From contig NZ_CP042905.2 in assembly GCF_008000775.2 (NCBI RefSeq), positions 3,990,001 through 4,022,000 on the forward strand: DNA of 32,000 nt, written 5' to 3'. Below, in pieces: positions 1-9,284 of this stretch; positions within the stretch are counted from its first letter, which is position 1, and every line of letters starts with the position of its first letter. Below the pieces are notes generated by a model. That model was not told the origin of the DNA. It saw only the letters and a list, made by a program, of their open reading frames with translations, and did not search any database. The stretch comes from Promethearchaeum syntrophicum. Lineage in GTDB: Archaea; Asgardarchaeota; Lokiarchaeia; Sigyniarchaeales; Promethearchaeaceae. A program made the position numbers and the translations under genes.

Positions 1-231
1 AATAATTGCCGAAATACTCGAAAAACTGTTTTTCGAGCTTTAGCAGAATATGAACAATTCGATCTAAAAGTTACAATTCAACATTTAGAACTGAACACCA
101 AAGAATCTATTGCAAAAATGGGAGTGTTGAGAGGTCCGGCCCTCATTTTTGATGAAATGCTTGTATACGAAGGAAAAATTCCTTCAAAATCAGAAATCAA
201 ACAAGCTTTGAAGCAGTATCTTGCTTTATAA
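1..231 (+). CDS. thioredoxin-fold small redox protein (redox-active disulfide protein 2-like), 5' end cut by window edge
   Basis: My frame-1 translation is NNCRNTRKTVFRALAEYEQFDLKVTIQHLELNTKESIAKMGVLRGPALIFDEMLVYEGKIPSKSEIKQALKQYLAL*. It shows the second Cys of a CxxC, a G-P-A-L-I cis-Pro region and a GxxPS tail, as in the ~80-aa thioredoxin-like family that usually neighbours PF03773 permeases. Confidence 0.55.
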   Translation, partial: NNCRNTRKTVFRALAEYEQFDLKVTIQHLELNTKESIAKMGVLRGPALIFDEMLVYEGKIPSKSEIKQALKQYLAL

Positions 232-240
232 CTTTAATGG

Positions 241-1290
241 GTGAATTCATCGATGTCAAACAATACACGAATAAAATTTGAAAATGCTGCTATGTTAGCA
301 GTATATGCTTTAGTACTTGGGTTTTTTATCTATGGTAAAGTTATGCTATATACAAATCCCGTTCCGGAGCAATTACCGGATTATAGTTCATATCCTTTTT
401 ATTTGATTCCAATAATGTATATTTGGAATTATTTAAAAGCGGCTTGGTTCTCAATTTTACTAGCATTTTTACTCTCAGGAATCATTCAAGAAGTGCTTCC
501 TCAAGATATCATTGAGAAATATTTAAAAAAAGATAAATTAAGAAATTATTTCATTGCAGCAGCTCTTGCCCCATTATTTGTCACATGTAGTTGTTCGGTT
601 ATTCCCATTTATGTAGGGATTGTTGCCGCAGGAGCAAGTTTAGGTGTAGCTATGACCTTTTTCCTTATGGCCCCCGCAGCTAATTTAATTACAATACTTC
701 TTACAGGAGAATATATTGGTTGGGATTTAGGTATTTGGCGACTAATCTTCTCTTTAATTGCAGCGGTCCTTTGTGGAATTATTTTTGATAAAACAAAAAT
801 TGCTCGTAAATTAGAAGAACAAATTTCTCCAATGAAAGTTGGGAGAGCAAATAGAATGCAACTTAAATTACCTCTAAATGATAGACTGAAAAATATGTAT
901 CGATTCTCATTCCAAGTTTTTAAGAAAATTTTTCCTCTGTTACTCTTAGGACTAATTATTGTCAGTTATATTGCAGCATACTTACCTGATAATTGGATCG
1001 AATTATATTTTACCGGATTTTTAGGTATAGTTATTGCAGCAGTCCTTGGTGGGCCTTTATATACCCCTACATTAGTTGAAATTGTTCTCACACGAGAGTT
1101 TATAAATAAAGGAATGACTAGGGATGTGGCTTTGTCATTTATGATGGGACAACCCTATGATATAGTATCGATGGTTCCCAACTCTAAGTATTTTAAGTGG
1201 CAAGGAGTTTTATTATATACGGTTATATTCTTTTTATTTAGCATCATCTCTGGGGTGCTCTACGGGTTAGTGTATGGTTTGTACAACTAA
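241..1290 (+). CDS. predicted permease, PF03773/ArsP-like family
   Basis: 349-aa multi-pass membrane ORF. The family-typical segment is APLFVTCSCSVIPIYVGIVAAGASLGVAMTFFLMAPAANL (vicinal Cys pair). It lies directly downstream of the thioredoxin-like gene, the canonical pairing. The ORF-track start is GTG at 241; an ATG at 253 is an alternative. Confidence 0.75.
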   Translation: MNSSMSNNTRIKFENAAMLAVYALVLGFFIYGKVMLYTNPVPEQLPDYSSYPFYLIPIMYIWNYLKAAWFSILLAFLLSGIIQEVLPQDIIEKYLKKDKLRNYFIAAALAPLFVTCSCSVIPIYVGIVAAGASLGVAMTFFLMAPAANLITILLTGEYIGWDLGIWRLIFSLIAAVLCGIIFDKTKIARKLEEQISPMKVGRANRMQLKLPLNDRLKNMYRFSFQVFKKIFPLLLLGLIIVSYIAAYLPDNWIELYFTGFLGIVIAAVLGGPLYTPTLVEIVLTREFINKGMTRDVALSFMMGQPYDIVSMVPNSKYFKWQGVLLYTVIFFLFSIISGVLYGLVYGLYN

Positions 1291-1308
1291 TCGAATTTAA
1301 TTACAAAA

Positions 1309-1326
1309 TTTTTTCTTTTCTTTTTT
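1309..1326 (+). terminator. oligo-T tract after the permease stop (candidate archaeal-type terminator)
   Basis: ttttttcttttcttttttg begins about 19 nt after the stop at 1290. Oligo-T is the known archaeal termination signal. Confidence 0.35.
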
Positions 1327-1524
1327 GATAAAATATGGGAATGAATTCTGCTCTTATTTACTCAATTTAAATAGGTTTGAATTTCTATAAATTTTCGATG
1401 ATTTCTATATGAAATAAGTAGAAAAATCATCTCTCAATGCAAATTATGGAACTCCAATTTAAGAAATGATTTATTAACGACAGATATATATATTATATTA
1501 AATATACACTTCAATTAGAGCAAA

Positions 1525-3498
1525 ATGAATTCATGGATAGTTTTGTTTTTCCATTTAGTAATTTATTCAATTTTTCCGTTATTTATGATTAAAGCTCAAA
1601 AGAGCATTAGGTTATCATTTTTTTATATTTTTACTGGAATGCTCTTTACTTTTTCCAATATTTTAGGTGCAATGTACTCAATCTCGTTGCCGAATGGGAT
1701 ACTCCTATCGGGAGGAAGCATTGCTTATTGCGCTTTGATAATGAACGTATTATTAATTGTAATTACAGAAAGAAATCCAAGAATAATTCGGTATATTATC
1801 TTTTTTGATGTGATTCTTAGTATATTCTTTTTTGTATTCTATAAATTTCTTGTGTATTTAATTGAAAATGAATTCGTTGTTTCTATATTTGAATTTTCAT
1901 CATCAATATTCAGTACAACCAGTTTAATTGTTATAGTTGGGGCTGTGCTATTTATTATTGAACTTCTTTTCATGGTATTCGCCTTTGAATTTGTAAAAAA
2001 GAAAATAAAAAATACTTTAGCTATTTCAGTCATTTATATCGCTATTTACATTTTATTATTGATATTTGATGGATTTGTTTTTCCGCTAATTGCATTTCCA
2101 TTAGAACCCTCCCTCCAAGAATTAATGAGTCATGGTACCATTGGAAAACTGTTACTGGGAACAGGTTTTAGTATTCCCATAATAATTTTTATGGTAATAT
2201 TTCGCGAAAAAATTGTGAAATATTATAATCAACCGCTTTCCGTAGGAGAGATACTCCTTTTACCTAGAAAAAAGTTGATTGATGAACTTGAACGCCAAAA
2301 GACGGCTCGAGAAGCGAGTGAGTTAAACTTGCAAAAATTAGAATCTATTGGCATTCTTGCAGGAGGTCTCGGTCATGATTATAATAATATTCTTGGGGTA
2401 ATTTTATTGAACGCATCCCTAATACAAGAAGAACTTAAAAGCTCAGATCCAGAAAATGGTGAAATCTCTAGAATACAGACTTACATTACAGAGGCTTTGG
2501 AAAACATTGCTCTTTCTGTAGAAAATGGAAAAGCTTTAAGTAAACAACTGCTTTTATTTGCGAAATTAAAAAAACCTAATAAAAAGGAGTGCGAAGTTCA
2601 TACATTAATTAAAAATGTTTCAAAATTAGCGTTATCTGGGAGCCAAGTAAGTTTTAAAATCCATAAATTGACCGAAAAAGTAAATTGGATTCTCGATGAA
2701 TCGCAAATTTTTCAGGTTATTCTAAATTTATTAATAAACTCTAAACAAGCAATGCCAAAGGGCGGGCAGATTTCCATCTATATTGAAGAAATAAATCCTA
2801 AATCTTTAGGGAAACAATTTTTTAAACATCCTCCAAATATTAAGAAAGAATATTTAAAGATAATTGTCAAAGACCAAGGAATTGGTATCCCGAAAGAAGA
2901 TTTAAAGCGAATATTTGATCCATATTTCACCACCAAGGCAAATGGAAAAGGTTTAGGACTTTCTGTCTCACATTCAATAATCCATAACCATAATGGCTTT
3001 TTACATGTTGAATCCACCGAAAATAAAGGAACCATTATTGGAATTTACCTTCCGAAATTAAAAAATACCTTAAAACAACAGGAACATATAAATAAAATAC
3101 AATTTGAGGCTAATCCGTTAAACATTTTGGTAATGGATGATGAGAAGCAAATTGGTGTTATTTTAAAAAAAATACTTGAAAAAGAAAACCATTCAGTAAA
3201 TTTATGTAAAAACGGTGATGAATGCTTAAAGCTTTTTGAAAAATCATTAGGATCTGCCCATGAATTTGATTTAATTATACTAGATCTTACAATAAAAAAT
3301 GGTTTAGGAGGTTTAGATACAATTAAGCAATTAAAAAAGATGAAAACTTCAATTAAAGTTATCGCAATGAGCGGATATCATGATTCGGACATAATTAAAA
3401 ATCCAAAAAAGTATGAGTTTGTTGGATCTATTCAAAAACCATTCAATTACAAGGATATTCAAGAAAAAATTAGAAAAGTATATAATAATGAGAAATAA
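1525..3498 (+). CDS. hybrid sensor histidine kinase with multi-TM N-terminal sensor and C-terminal receiver domain
   Basis: The N-terminal ~230 aa are hydrophobic. H-box GGLGHDYNNILGVI, N-box QVILNLLINSKQAM, G1 DQGIGIPKEDLKRIFDPYFTTK and G2 GKGLGLSVSHSII are present. The receiver shows ILVMDDE, DLIILDLTI, AMSGY and KPF. Confidence 0.9.
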   Translation: MNSWIVLFFHLVIYSIFPLFMIKAQKSIRLSFFYIFTGMLFTFSNILGAMYSISLPNGILLSGGSIAYCALIMNVLLIVITERNPRIIRYIIFFDVILSIFFFVFYKFLVYLIENEFVVSIFEFSSSIFSTTSLIVIVGAVLFIIELLFMVFAFEFVKKKIKNTLAISVIYIAIYILLLIFDGFVFPLIAFPLEPSLQELMSHGTIGKLLLGTGFSIPIIIFMVIFREKIVKYYNQPLSVGEILLLPRKKLIDELERQKTAREASELNLQKLESIGILAGGLGHDYNNILGVILLNASLIQEELKSSDPENGEISRIQTYITEALENIALSVENGKALSKQLLLFAKLKKPNKKECEVHTLIKNVSKLALSGSQVSFKIHKLTEKVNWILDESQIFQVILNLLINSKQAMPKGGQISIYIEEINPKSLGKQFFKHPPNIKKEYLKIIVKDQGIGIPKEDLKRIFDPYFTTKANGKGLGLSVSHSIIHNHNGFLHVESTENKGTIIGIYLPKLKNTLKQQEHINKIQFEANPLNILVMDDEKQIGVILKKILEKENHSVNLCKNGDECLKLFEKSLGSAHEFDLIILDLTIKNGLGGLDTIKQLKKMKTSIKVIAMSGYHDSDIIKNPKKYEFVGSIQKPFNYKDIQEKIRKVYNNEK

Positions 3499-3589
3499 CT
3501 AAGATTATTGAAGATCTAATCAGGAGATTGTATCTAATAATGTAAATGTTGATTTAGATGTTATTATAAATTGCTTGATTATGAAATTT

Positions 3590-3600
3590 AAAAAAGAAAA
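3590..3600 (-). terminator. oligo-T tract (minus strand) just after the HTH-Roadblock stop
   Basis: Plus-strand aaaaaagaaaa abuts the stop codon at 3601-3603, giving ttttctttttt on the coding strand. Confidence 0.3.
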
Positions 3601-4155
3601 TTATTCTGATTTCTCTAGATGTTTTGAAATGTCTGCGCACACCCGATCAATTATCGGGAAATCTTGATTCACAATTTTCTGAAAATCGGTAGTTCCTCTG
3701 TAAACCATTATGAGGATTAATTTTGGTCCAGCTCCACGTATTAAAAGAAATCCATTACTAGTTTTTGTTAGGGTAATATCGAGTGTTCCCAGATCAAATT
3801 CCTCTATTGTTCTGGATGATGCGGAGAGATATGTAAGCATTCCTAGAAATAAACCATCTTCACTAATGCTATTTTCGATGATAGAAGCTACGGATGAACC
3901 ATCTGTCATGTCACTAAACAGAGCAACAGATCTCACCCCTTCGAGATACTTGAGTACTTCTAGGAAGGTTTTATAAGCAGGATCACCCGAATATCGTTCT
4001 CCAGGGATCCCTTTGATTTTATATTTGCGACTCCATCGGGCCAAGGTCATTTGAGAAACGGAATATTTATCTGCAGTTTCTCGATACGTATGATTTTGGC
4101 GATAATGCATTATTTCTTCTTTTTTTTCTTTCGAATAACGTTTTCCACTTGACAT
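3601..4155 (-). CDS. fusion protein: transposase-type HTH N-terminus plus Roadblock/LC7 (MglB-like) C-terminal domain
   Basis: N-terminal KRYSKEKKEEIMHYRQNHTYRETADKYSVSQMTLARWSRKYK matches the IS3/IS630-type HTH pattern (rYs..K...v......s..e.A..y.vs..tl.rW). The C-terminal stretch from LKYLEGVRSVALFSDMTDGSSVASI through LGTLDITLTKTSNGFLLIRGAGPKLILIMVY fits the Roadblock/LC7 pattern. An AGGTGA Shine-Dalgarno (SD) sits 6-7 nt before the ATG. Confidence 0.55.
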   Translation of the reverse strand: MSSGKRYSKEKKEEIMHYRQNHTYRETADKYSVSQMTLARWSRKYKIKGIPGERYSGDPAYKTFLEVLKYLEGVRSVALFSDMTDGSSVASIIENSISEDGLFLGMLTYLSASSRTIEEFDLGTLDITLTKTSNGFLLIRGAGPKLILIMVYRGTTDFQKIVNQDFPIIDRVCADISKHLEKSE

Positions 4156-4175
4156 AAGTTTTCACCTAAGTGACT

Positions 4176-4265
4176 GTTAGTGACACACATATTTAAATGT
4201 TAGCAGTGTTAGTCCAAATTAATTATAACGAAATTTTTGAGAAATGTTAGTGTTAGCAGTATTAG
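4176..4265. promoter_or_regulatory. (G/A)TTAG pentamer cluster around the TATA box of the HTH-Roadblock gene (candidate operator array)
   Basis: GTTAG or ATTAG occurs at 4176, 4199, 4208, 4246, 4252 and 4261. The 15-mer TGTTAGCAGT(G/A)TTAG occurs twice, at 4198-4212 and 4251-4265. The TATA-like atttaaat at 4191-4198 lies between pentamers, about 40 bp upstream of the ATG at 4155. Confidence 0.4.
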
Positions 4266-4380
4266 CGTTTTTTTTAAGAATTTGATAGAAACATATTAAC
4301 TAAGATTTAATCGATGATAATTAAGAAAAAAAGAAAAAAAGAAAAAAAAAGGTAATTAAAATGAAGTAATGTAATCAATA

Positions 4381-5268
4381 TTAATGAACAAGTGGAGATC
4401 TAGATTTCTTATTCAGGATAAAGAATGGATTTAATATTTTGGATTTAAATAATCTTGTTTTATTATAGTTGATGAAATAAACAACCGACCATGACATTAT
4501 GGCTAAGAAAAATATCCATTCCCAAAGAGATGAGGAGAATATTCCGTAGGAGTATATAGGATAAAATATGGAAAGATACAATGAAATACCGAATTGAATT
4601 GCAATCAGGTTGAAGATTATATAAAATATTCCAAGATGACCAGTATTTTCTTTGATTTCTTCATTCCTTTTTCGTTTTCGAATTAAAATTATCCAATCAA
4701 TATTAGCTATGATGAAATATCCAAAAAATACCATAAAAGCCCCGAGGAGGTGTGGTATTCTAATATTGGATGGAAATATACCCACTATTATGAATCCTAA
4801 GGCACCAATAAGACTAAACAATTGAGTAATCTTTGCTAATTTTGAATCTCCTTTTTCTATCATTTGATATATTTTCATTGTGAAGGGAATTTGTAGAACT
4901 CCGGTAATTAAAATACCTGCATTAAAAATAGGAGCTCCTTGAGGATTGTTTAAATAAACTCCTAAATCACTAATAGTGTTGGTTTTAATTGAATAGAAAG
5001 TGGGGAATAATAACAGAGGAATAATCAAAGTCAAACCCATAATAAGAATTATCAAGCATAAATTGAGAAAGTATGCGTTTAAGGAAGCTTTTCCTTCAAT
5101 AAATTTAGAAGTCTCAATCAGAAATTCACCTTTTTCATTGTTTTTTTCATTTTCAAATCGAATGAATAAATATTTCATATCTTTTGGTGAAGGAACAGTC
5201 ATCAATTCTTGTTTTTTCATTTTTATGGCAACTCTCCAATATTTTTTTTTACAATTTTCAATTTTCAT
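4381..5268 (-). CDS. integral membrane protein, possibly DUF998-like
   Basis: 295-aa ORF with about 6 hydrophobic helices after a ~60-aa polar N-terminus. ISDLGVYLNNPQGAPIFNAGILITGVL resembles the DUF998 signature. The family call is weak. Confidence 0.4.
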   Translation of the reverse strand: MKIENCKKKYWRVAIKMKKQELMTVPSPKDMKYLFIRFENEKNNEKGEFLIETSKFIEGKASLNAYFLNLCLIILIMGLTLIIPLLLFPTFYSIKTNTISDLGVYLNNPQGAPIFNAGILITGVLQIPFTMKIYQMIEKGDSKLAKITQLFSLIGALGFIIVGIFPSNIRIPHLLGAFMVFFGYFIIANIDWIILIRKRKRNEEIKENTGHLGIFYIIFNLIAIQFGISLYLSIFYPIYSYGIFSSSLWEWIFFLAIMSWSVVYFINYNKTRLFKSKILNPFFILNKKSRSPLVH

Positions 5269-5326
5269 GAAAACTGATTATTATTTAAAATAAAGAAAAC
5301 ACAACTATTTAAACTTATCATTTTTC

Positions 5327-6493
5327 ATGAAAATTGGTTACCTTTTTAAGTTAGAATTTTTTAAATTAAACCAAGGAATGGTAAAGAAAAAAAAATCGCT
5401 CTTTTTTGATGATAAATTAAGAAAATTTGAAAAAGAGCTTCTTGATTACTTTGTAGAAGTGGGTCTTGAAAAAGGTAGAAATGATATTGATTCTCATATC
5501 TTGGGATATCTTATGCTTCATCAAAATTTAACTCAAAAACAGATTAGAGAATTATCGAGAGAACTTTTTATTAAAAATACGAAACGAGGAATTTCAAACG
5601 GTTCGATCTCAGCATTTTTAAATGGAATTTATTCCAAAATTGGTATATTAAAAAAAGATAAAGTAGAGGGATCAAATTATCTCTTTGAATATTCACTATC
5701 GAGACATATTAGTCGTTCTACATTAGAAAGTACGAAAATCGGATTGAGAATAGTTAATGATTACATTAGTAGCGTACATCAAATTTCCAATTTACTTTCA
5801 AAAATTTCTTCTAGGGATATAATTGATCTAGATTTCTATAATCTTTTTGTTAAGAGAATGGATGAAATATTGAAATTTACTAAATCTTATAAAATCATAA
5901 TGGAGAAATCCATAAATTACCACGAAAAGAATTCAAACGATAAAATTCCTCAAGATAAATCTTCAATCACTAAAAATGATGAGGTTCCAGAAAAAAAAAC
6001 TATCGATGATATATATAGTTTAGAAGAAGAACTGATATCTGAGACTGTAAAAACTCCGCTATTTCAATTTCTAAAAGCCGACTATATCAGGATTATGGGA
6101 TATTTCATAACTAGAGAAAAGTTGACCCAGAAAGAATTGAAAGAACTTACAGGTTTTTCTATTGGACATATCTCACAAGGATTAAAGAAACTACTTGAAT
6201 TGGAATTAATTCAATCATATAAAGAACATGGTAAACGGCAAAGCACATATATAATGAAATCAATTGGTTATTCTCTTATGAAGAGATTTTTAGGAGCTAT
6301 TCAAAAAAGTAACGCATTTAAACCCAATTTGATTGAAATCGATGAAAAATTGGAAAATAGGAAGAAAGAATGGCAAGATTTAAATGGGTATGCACAAATT
6401 AAGGCATTTGTTGAAGAAAGAATTGAAATGATGAATTATTTCGATTTTCTGGAAGAAACTATGGTAATTGAGCTAATTAGATTAAAAGAATAA
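5327..6493 (+). CDS. transcriptional regulator with two GbsR/MarR-like winged-helix modules
   Basis: Two similar segments are present: HILGYLMLHQNLTQKQIRELSRE...GISNGSISAFLNG and RIMGYFITREKLTQKELKELTGFSIGHISQGLKKLLELELIQSYKEHGKRQSTYIMK. The true start may be the internal MVKKKK at 5378. Confidence 0.5.
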   Translation: MKIGYLFKLEFFKLNQGMVKKKKSLFFDDKLRKFEKELLDYFVEVGLEKGRNDIDSHILGYLMLHQNLTQKQIRELSRELFIKNTKRGISNGSISAFLNGIYSKIGILKKDKVEGSNYLFEYSLSRHISRSTLESTKIGLRIVNDYISSVHQISNLLSKISSRDIIDLDFYNLFVKRMDEILKFTKSYKIIMEKSINYHEKNSNDKIPQDKSSITKNDEVPEKKTIDDIYSLEEELISETVKTPLFQFLKADYIRIMGYFITREKLTQKELKELTGFSIGHISQGLKKLLELELIQSYKEHGKRQSTYIMKSIGYSLMKRFLGAIQKSNAFKPNLIEIDEKLENRKKEWQDLNGYAQIKAFVEERIEMMNYFDFLEETMVIELIRLKE

Positions 6494-6547
6494 GATTTTC
6501 ATAAATTTTAATATTAAAGAACATTTGATTTTAAAGAAGATTTAGAA

Positions 6548-7009
6548 ATGGTAAAAGCTACATTAAAAGATTTAAATGCAGAAATTCTTAAATATCAATC
6601 ACTTACGGAAGGCATAGCAGATACAACAATTATTAAATCTTCAAAAGAAGAAAAAATCAAAATTTCCAGTGATGAATTATTTATTGAAGAAGATAATGTC
6701 CATATTTATTTGACATTCAATCCAAATGTCAAAAAAATTAGATGTATTATATATCTAACTGAAGTTGACAGCGATTTTGTAGAAATGATGATAAGTCGAG
6801 TTGGACTGCCGACAACTGAAACAAATATTCAAAATTATCAACGAGATCCCACCTTAGTCGAAAAGTACTGGAATGCTGAATTCATTCCGAAATATAATGA
6901 ACTAATGAAATATCTAAGGAGATCGAAAATTAAATTTCTATTTCAAGAAAGATTTAAACCTACTTTTAATAAAAACCGCAATAATGAAATTGTTGATAAT
7001 TTTGGATGA
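6548..7009 (+). CDS. hypothetical protein (153 aa); its 3' end is duplicated at 8247-8339
   Basis: The ORF lies 54 bp downstream of the wHTH regulator on the same strand. I recognise no motif. Confidence 0.5.
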   Translation: MVKATLKDLNAEILKYQSLTEGIADTTIIKSSKEEKIKISSDELFIEEDNVHIYLTFNPNVKKIRCIIYLTEVDSDFVEMMISRVGLPTTETNIQNYQRDPTLVEKYWNAEFIPKYNELMKYLRRSKIKFLFQERFKPTFNKNRNNEIVDNFG

Positions 7010-7190
7010 CATTTTGTATACAAATGAATTTTCTGTAAAAGATTAGGAATGATATCATCCAATAAAACACAAATTTTTCCAATTTAATTAATTATCTGTA
7101 TAGTAGTTTCCAATGAGAAAATTTTAGGAATTTTATAATCCTGAGAATTACTCAAAAATTAACAACACAGCACTTATAATTTGAGGCTGG

Positions 7191-8153
7191 TCAGGTAATT
7201 AGAATTATTAACGTTACCAGTGTAAGTATTATTATCGCTAATGTTATGAGAATTAGTTTAGAATTATATTTCTTGGGAGTTTCCCGAGATCGTGGTGCCT
7301 GCATCAAGAATATTGAAATCCAAACACAGACGCTAAAATAGGCAGAGTGCCAGAGTAGAAAACCAAACCCCCAATCGCTGTACACTTTGGTTTCATTCAC
7401 AATCATGAAGGCATCAGTTATAGCATTTGAGCCTATACTAGGGAACCCGGTTTTGATTTCAATAATTGCACTTTCCCAAAGACCAAATATATGAAAGAAT
7501 AATCCATAACTACAATAAATCACACACCATGTAGCAATGACTATTGCGGATAGCTTCAACATCTGCAAGCGTTTTAATTTTTCCTTATCTTTTAATGATA
7601 AAACACGACGTAGTTGTATGATAGAAAGCGGTAGTATTGCTATGAAGCCCACTGACCATAAAGTCTCCTCGATTGCCCAGAAAAGATCAAATTTGAATAT
7701 CACTCCTCCAAAAGCAAAAAATTGTGCGAGAAATATACAAATTATTAGGATGTATGGAGTCTTTGTGGTTATGAATGTCTTGAATTTACTAGATTGATCA
7801 GGATTCCCAGCAGGCAAATCTATATTGAATTGTAACATCGCAAATGCAATTAATCCACTGAATGAAAGTTCCGCTGCGGCGGCAAATACTCGGATCAGGA
7901 GAGAACTATTGGCAATACTATCAAACCAAGCGAGTTGAGGATCATACCGAGACACAAAGACCGTACGATATGCAGCGACTATGGTAAAAATTACTCCCAT
8001 GATTCGCATCCTTTTGCGATAGGATGTATTTGTTGCATCCTTTGGAATCCGAGTTTTTTGATATACTACTGCGCACACTACTAAGTTCACTATGCTAATG
8101 ATAACCATAACCGTCCACCAAAACCATGCCCAATCAGTGCCATTAATACTCAT
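7191..8153 (-). CDS. integral membrane protein (about 8 TM), unknown family
   Basis: 320-aa ORF with regularly spaced hydrophobic helices. It looks more GC-rich than its flanks by eye and is bracketed by the 6917-7009 / 8247-8339 direct repeats. Confidence 0.6.
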   Translation of the reverse strand: MSINGTDWAWFWWTVMVIISIVNLVVCAVVYQKTRIPKDATNTSYRKRMRIMGVIFTIVAAYRTVFVSRYDPQLAWFDSIANSSLLIRVFAAAAELSFSGLIAFAMLQFNIDLPAGNPDQSSKFKTFITTKTPYILIICIFLAQFFAFGGVIFKFDLFWAIEETLWSVGFIAILPLSIIQLRRVLSLKDKEKLKRLQMLKLSAIVIATWCVIYCSYGLFFHIFGLWESAIIEIKTGFPSIGSNAITDAFMIVNETKVYSDWGFGFLLWHSAYFSVCVWISIFLMQAPRSRETPKKYNSKLILITLAIIILTLVTLIILIT

Positions 8154-8246
8154 ATTTTTTTAGCTTCGTTGATTTTAAATTACTGTGGATATTGAAGGAA
8201 TGGTCATTTTTAAATTTTAAAATGTGAAAATATTGAAAAATTTTTG

Positions 8247-8339
8247 AGGAGAATTAAAATCAAATTTCAATTTCAGGAAAAATTTAAGCTTGTCTTCAAT
8301 AAAAACCGGGATAATGAATTTGTAGATAATTTTGGATTA
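8247..8339 (+). pseudogene. decayed copy of the 3' end of ORF 6548..7009
   Basis: A gapless hand alignment to 6917-7009 gives about 75/93 identical nt. Translations are RRIKIKFQFQEKFKLVFNKNRDNEFVDNFG here versus RRSKIKFLFQERFKPTFNKNRNNEIVDNFG* in the intact gene. The stop TGA has changed to TTA, and no upstream body of the gene is present. Confidence 0.65.
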
Positions 8340-8370
8340 AAAAAAGTATATAATAATTTCATATTATATA

Positions 8371-9249
8371 TTAATCAAGAAAAGAAGACAGTAGAGAATT
8401 CACTTCTTCGGGTTTCTCCTGTAATACCCAGTGGGAGGCATCCTTGATGATTTCTAAGCGTCCGCCGTCACAGATCGCGATACTCAGAGGTGCCATTTCA
8501 TGACTGAGAAAAGTATCTTTCTTACCCCAAACGATAAGGGTAGGGACTGTAATTTTAGGAGGAAAAACCCATTGAAAAGCATTTTTTCGAGTTGAAGCTC
8601 GATACCAGCTGATCATCGAAGTCATGGCTTTAGGTTTCTTCCACGCCTCTTTATAAAATTCTTTTTCTTCTGTGGACAAACTTCTCGACATTGACGAAGT
8701 CAGGAATTTGTATTTCGTTACCTTAAAAATAATCTCCGGAATTAATCGTAATTGAAAGAAGAAGATATACCAGCTTTTTTTTCTTTGGGATTTATGTTCC
8801 TTTATGTATCGATTCATGACTAAAGGATGGGGCATATTGGCTATAAATAGTTTTCTGATTCGATCGGGATGTCGCGTGGTGAGTGCCCAAGCAACAAACC
8901 CACCCCAATCATGGCCCCCCAAGTAAAATTTTTCTATTTTTAGGGCATCAGCCAATCCTATAATGTCTGCTACCAAGTTCTCGGCAATATAGTTTTTCAC
9001 TCCCTTAGGTTTTTCGCTTAAGTAATACCCCCTTTGGTTGGGTGCGATCACCCTAAAACCTTTTTTTGCCAAGAATTCAATTTGATTTTTCCATCCATAC
9101 CAGAAATCGGGAAATCCATGAAGTAAGATTACCGGAGGTCCATCTTTGGGACCTGCAAAGGCGGTATATAATTTAATCCCATTTGTGGAAATGTATTCAA
9201 ATGTGATTTGTTCGCTGTTTAAATCGGTGTGTTTTTCCATGCAAATCAA
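8371..9249 (-). CDS. alpha/beta hydrolase, epoxide hydrolase / haloalkane dehalogenase-like
   Basis: HGFPDFWYGWKNQ (oxyanion HGxP), the GHDWGG Asp nucleophile elbow and the C-terminal DASHWVLQEKPEEVN catalytic His region are present. The track start at 9249 is TTG; the ATG at 9240 (MEKHTD) is the likelier start. Confidence 0.85.
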   Translation of the reverse strand: MICMEKHTDLNSEQITFEYISTNGIKLYTAFAGPKDGPPVILLHGFPDFWYGWKNQIEFLAKKGFRVIAPNQRGYYLSEKPKGVKNYIAENLVADIIGLADALKIEKFYLGGHDWGGFVAWALTTRHPDRIRKLFIANMPHPLVMNRYIKEHKSQRKKSWYIFFFQLRLIPEIIFKVTKYKFLTSSMSRSLSTEEKEFYKEAWKKPKAMTSMISWYRASTRKNAFQWVFPPKITVPTLIVWGKKDTFLSHEMAPLSIAICDGGRLEIIKDASHWVLQEKPEEVNSLLSSFLD

Positions 9250-9284
9250 TATTCAAATAATTGGAAGACTTATATATCTGCCTC

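Noticed and set aside
4176-4265. Whether the GTTAG-containing repeats are a CRISPR array or mini-array.
   Set aside because: The repeat units are only 5-15 nt, irregularly spaced (6, 9 and 53 bp), and have no spacer-sized unique inserts. No cas genes are present. They are better explained as promoter-proximal binding sites.
7013-7024. 12-bp palindrome TTTGTATACAAA immediately after the stop of ORF 6548..7009, at the repeat/cargo junction. It was considered as an att core or terminator.
   Set aside because: It is short and almost pure A/T, so it is expected by chance in this composition. No matching sequence occurs at the other junction (8340).
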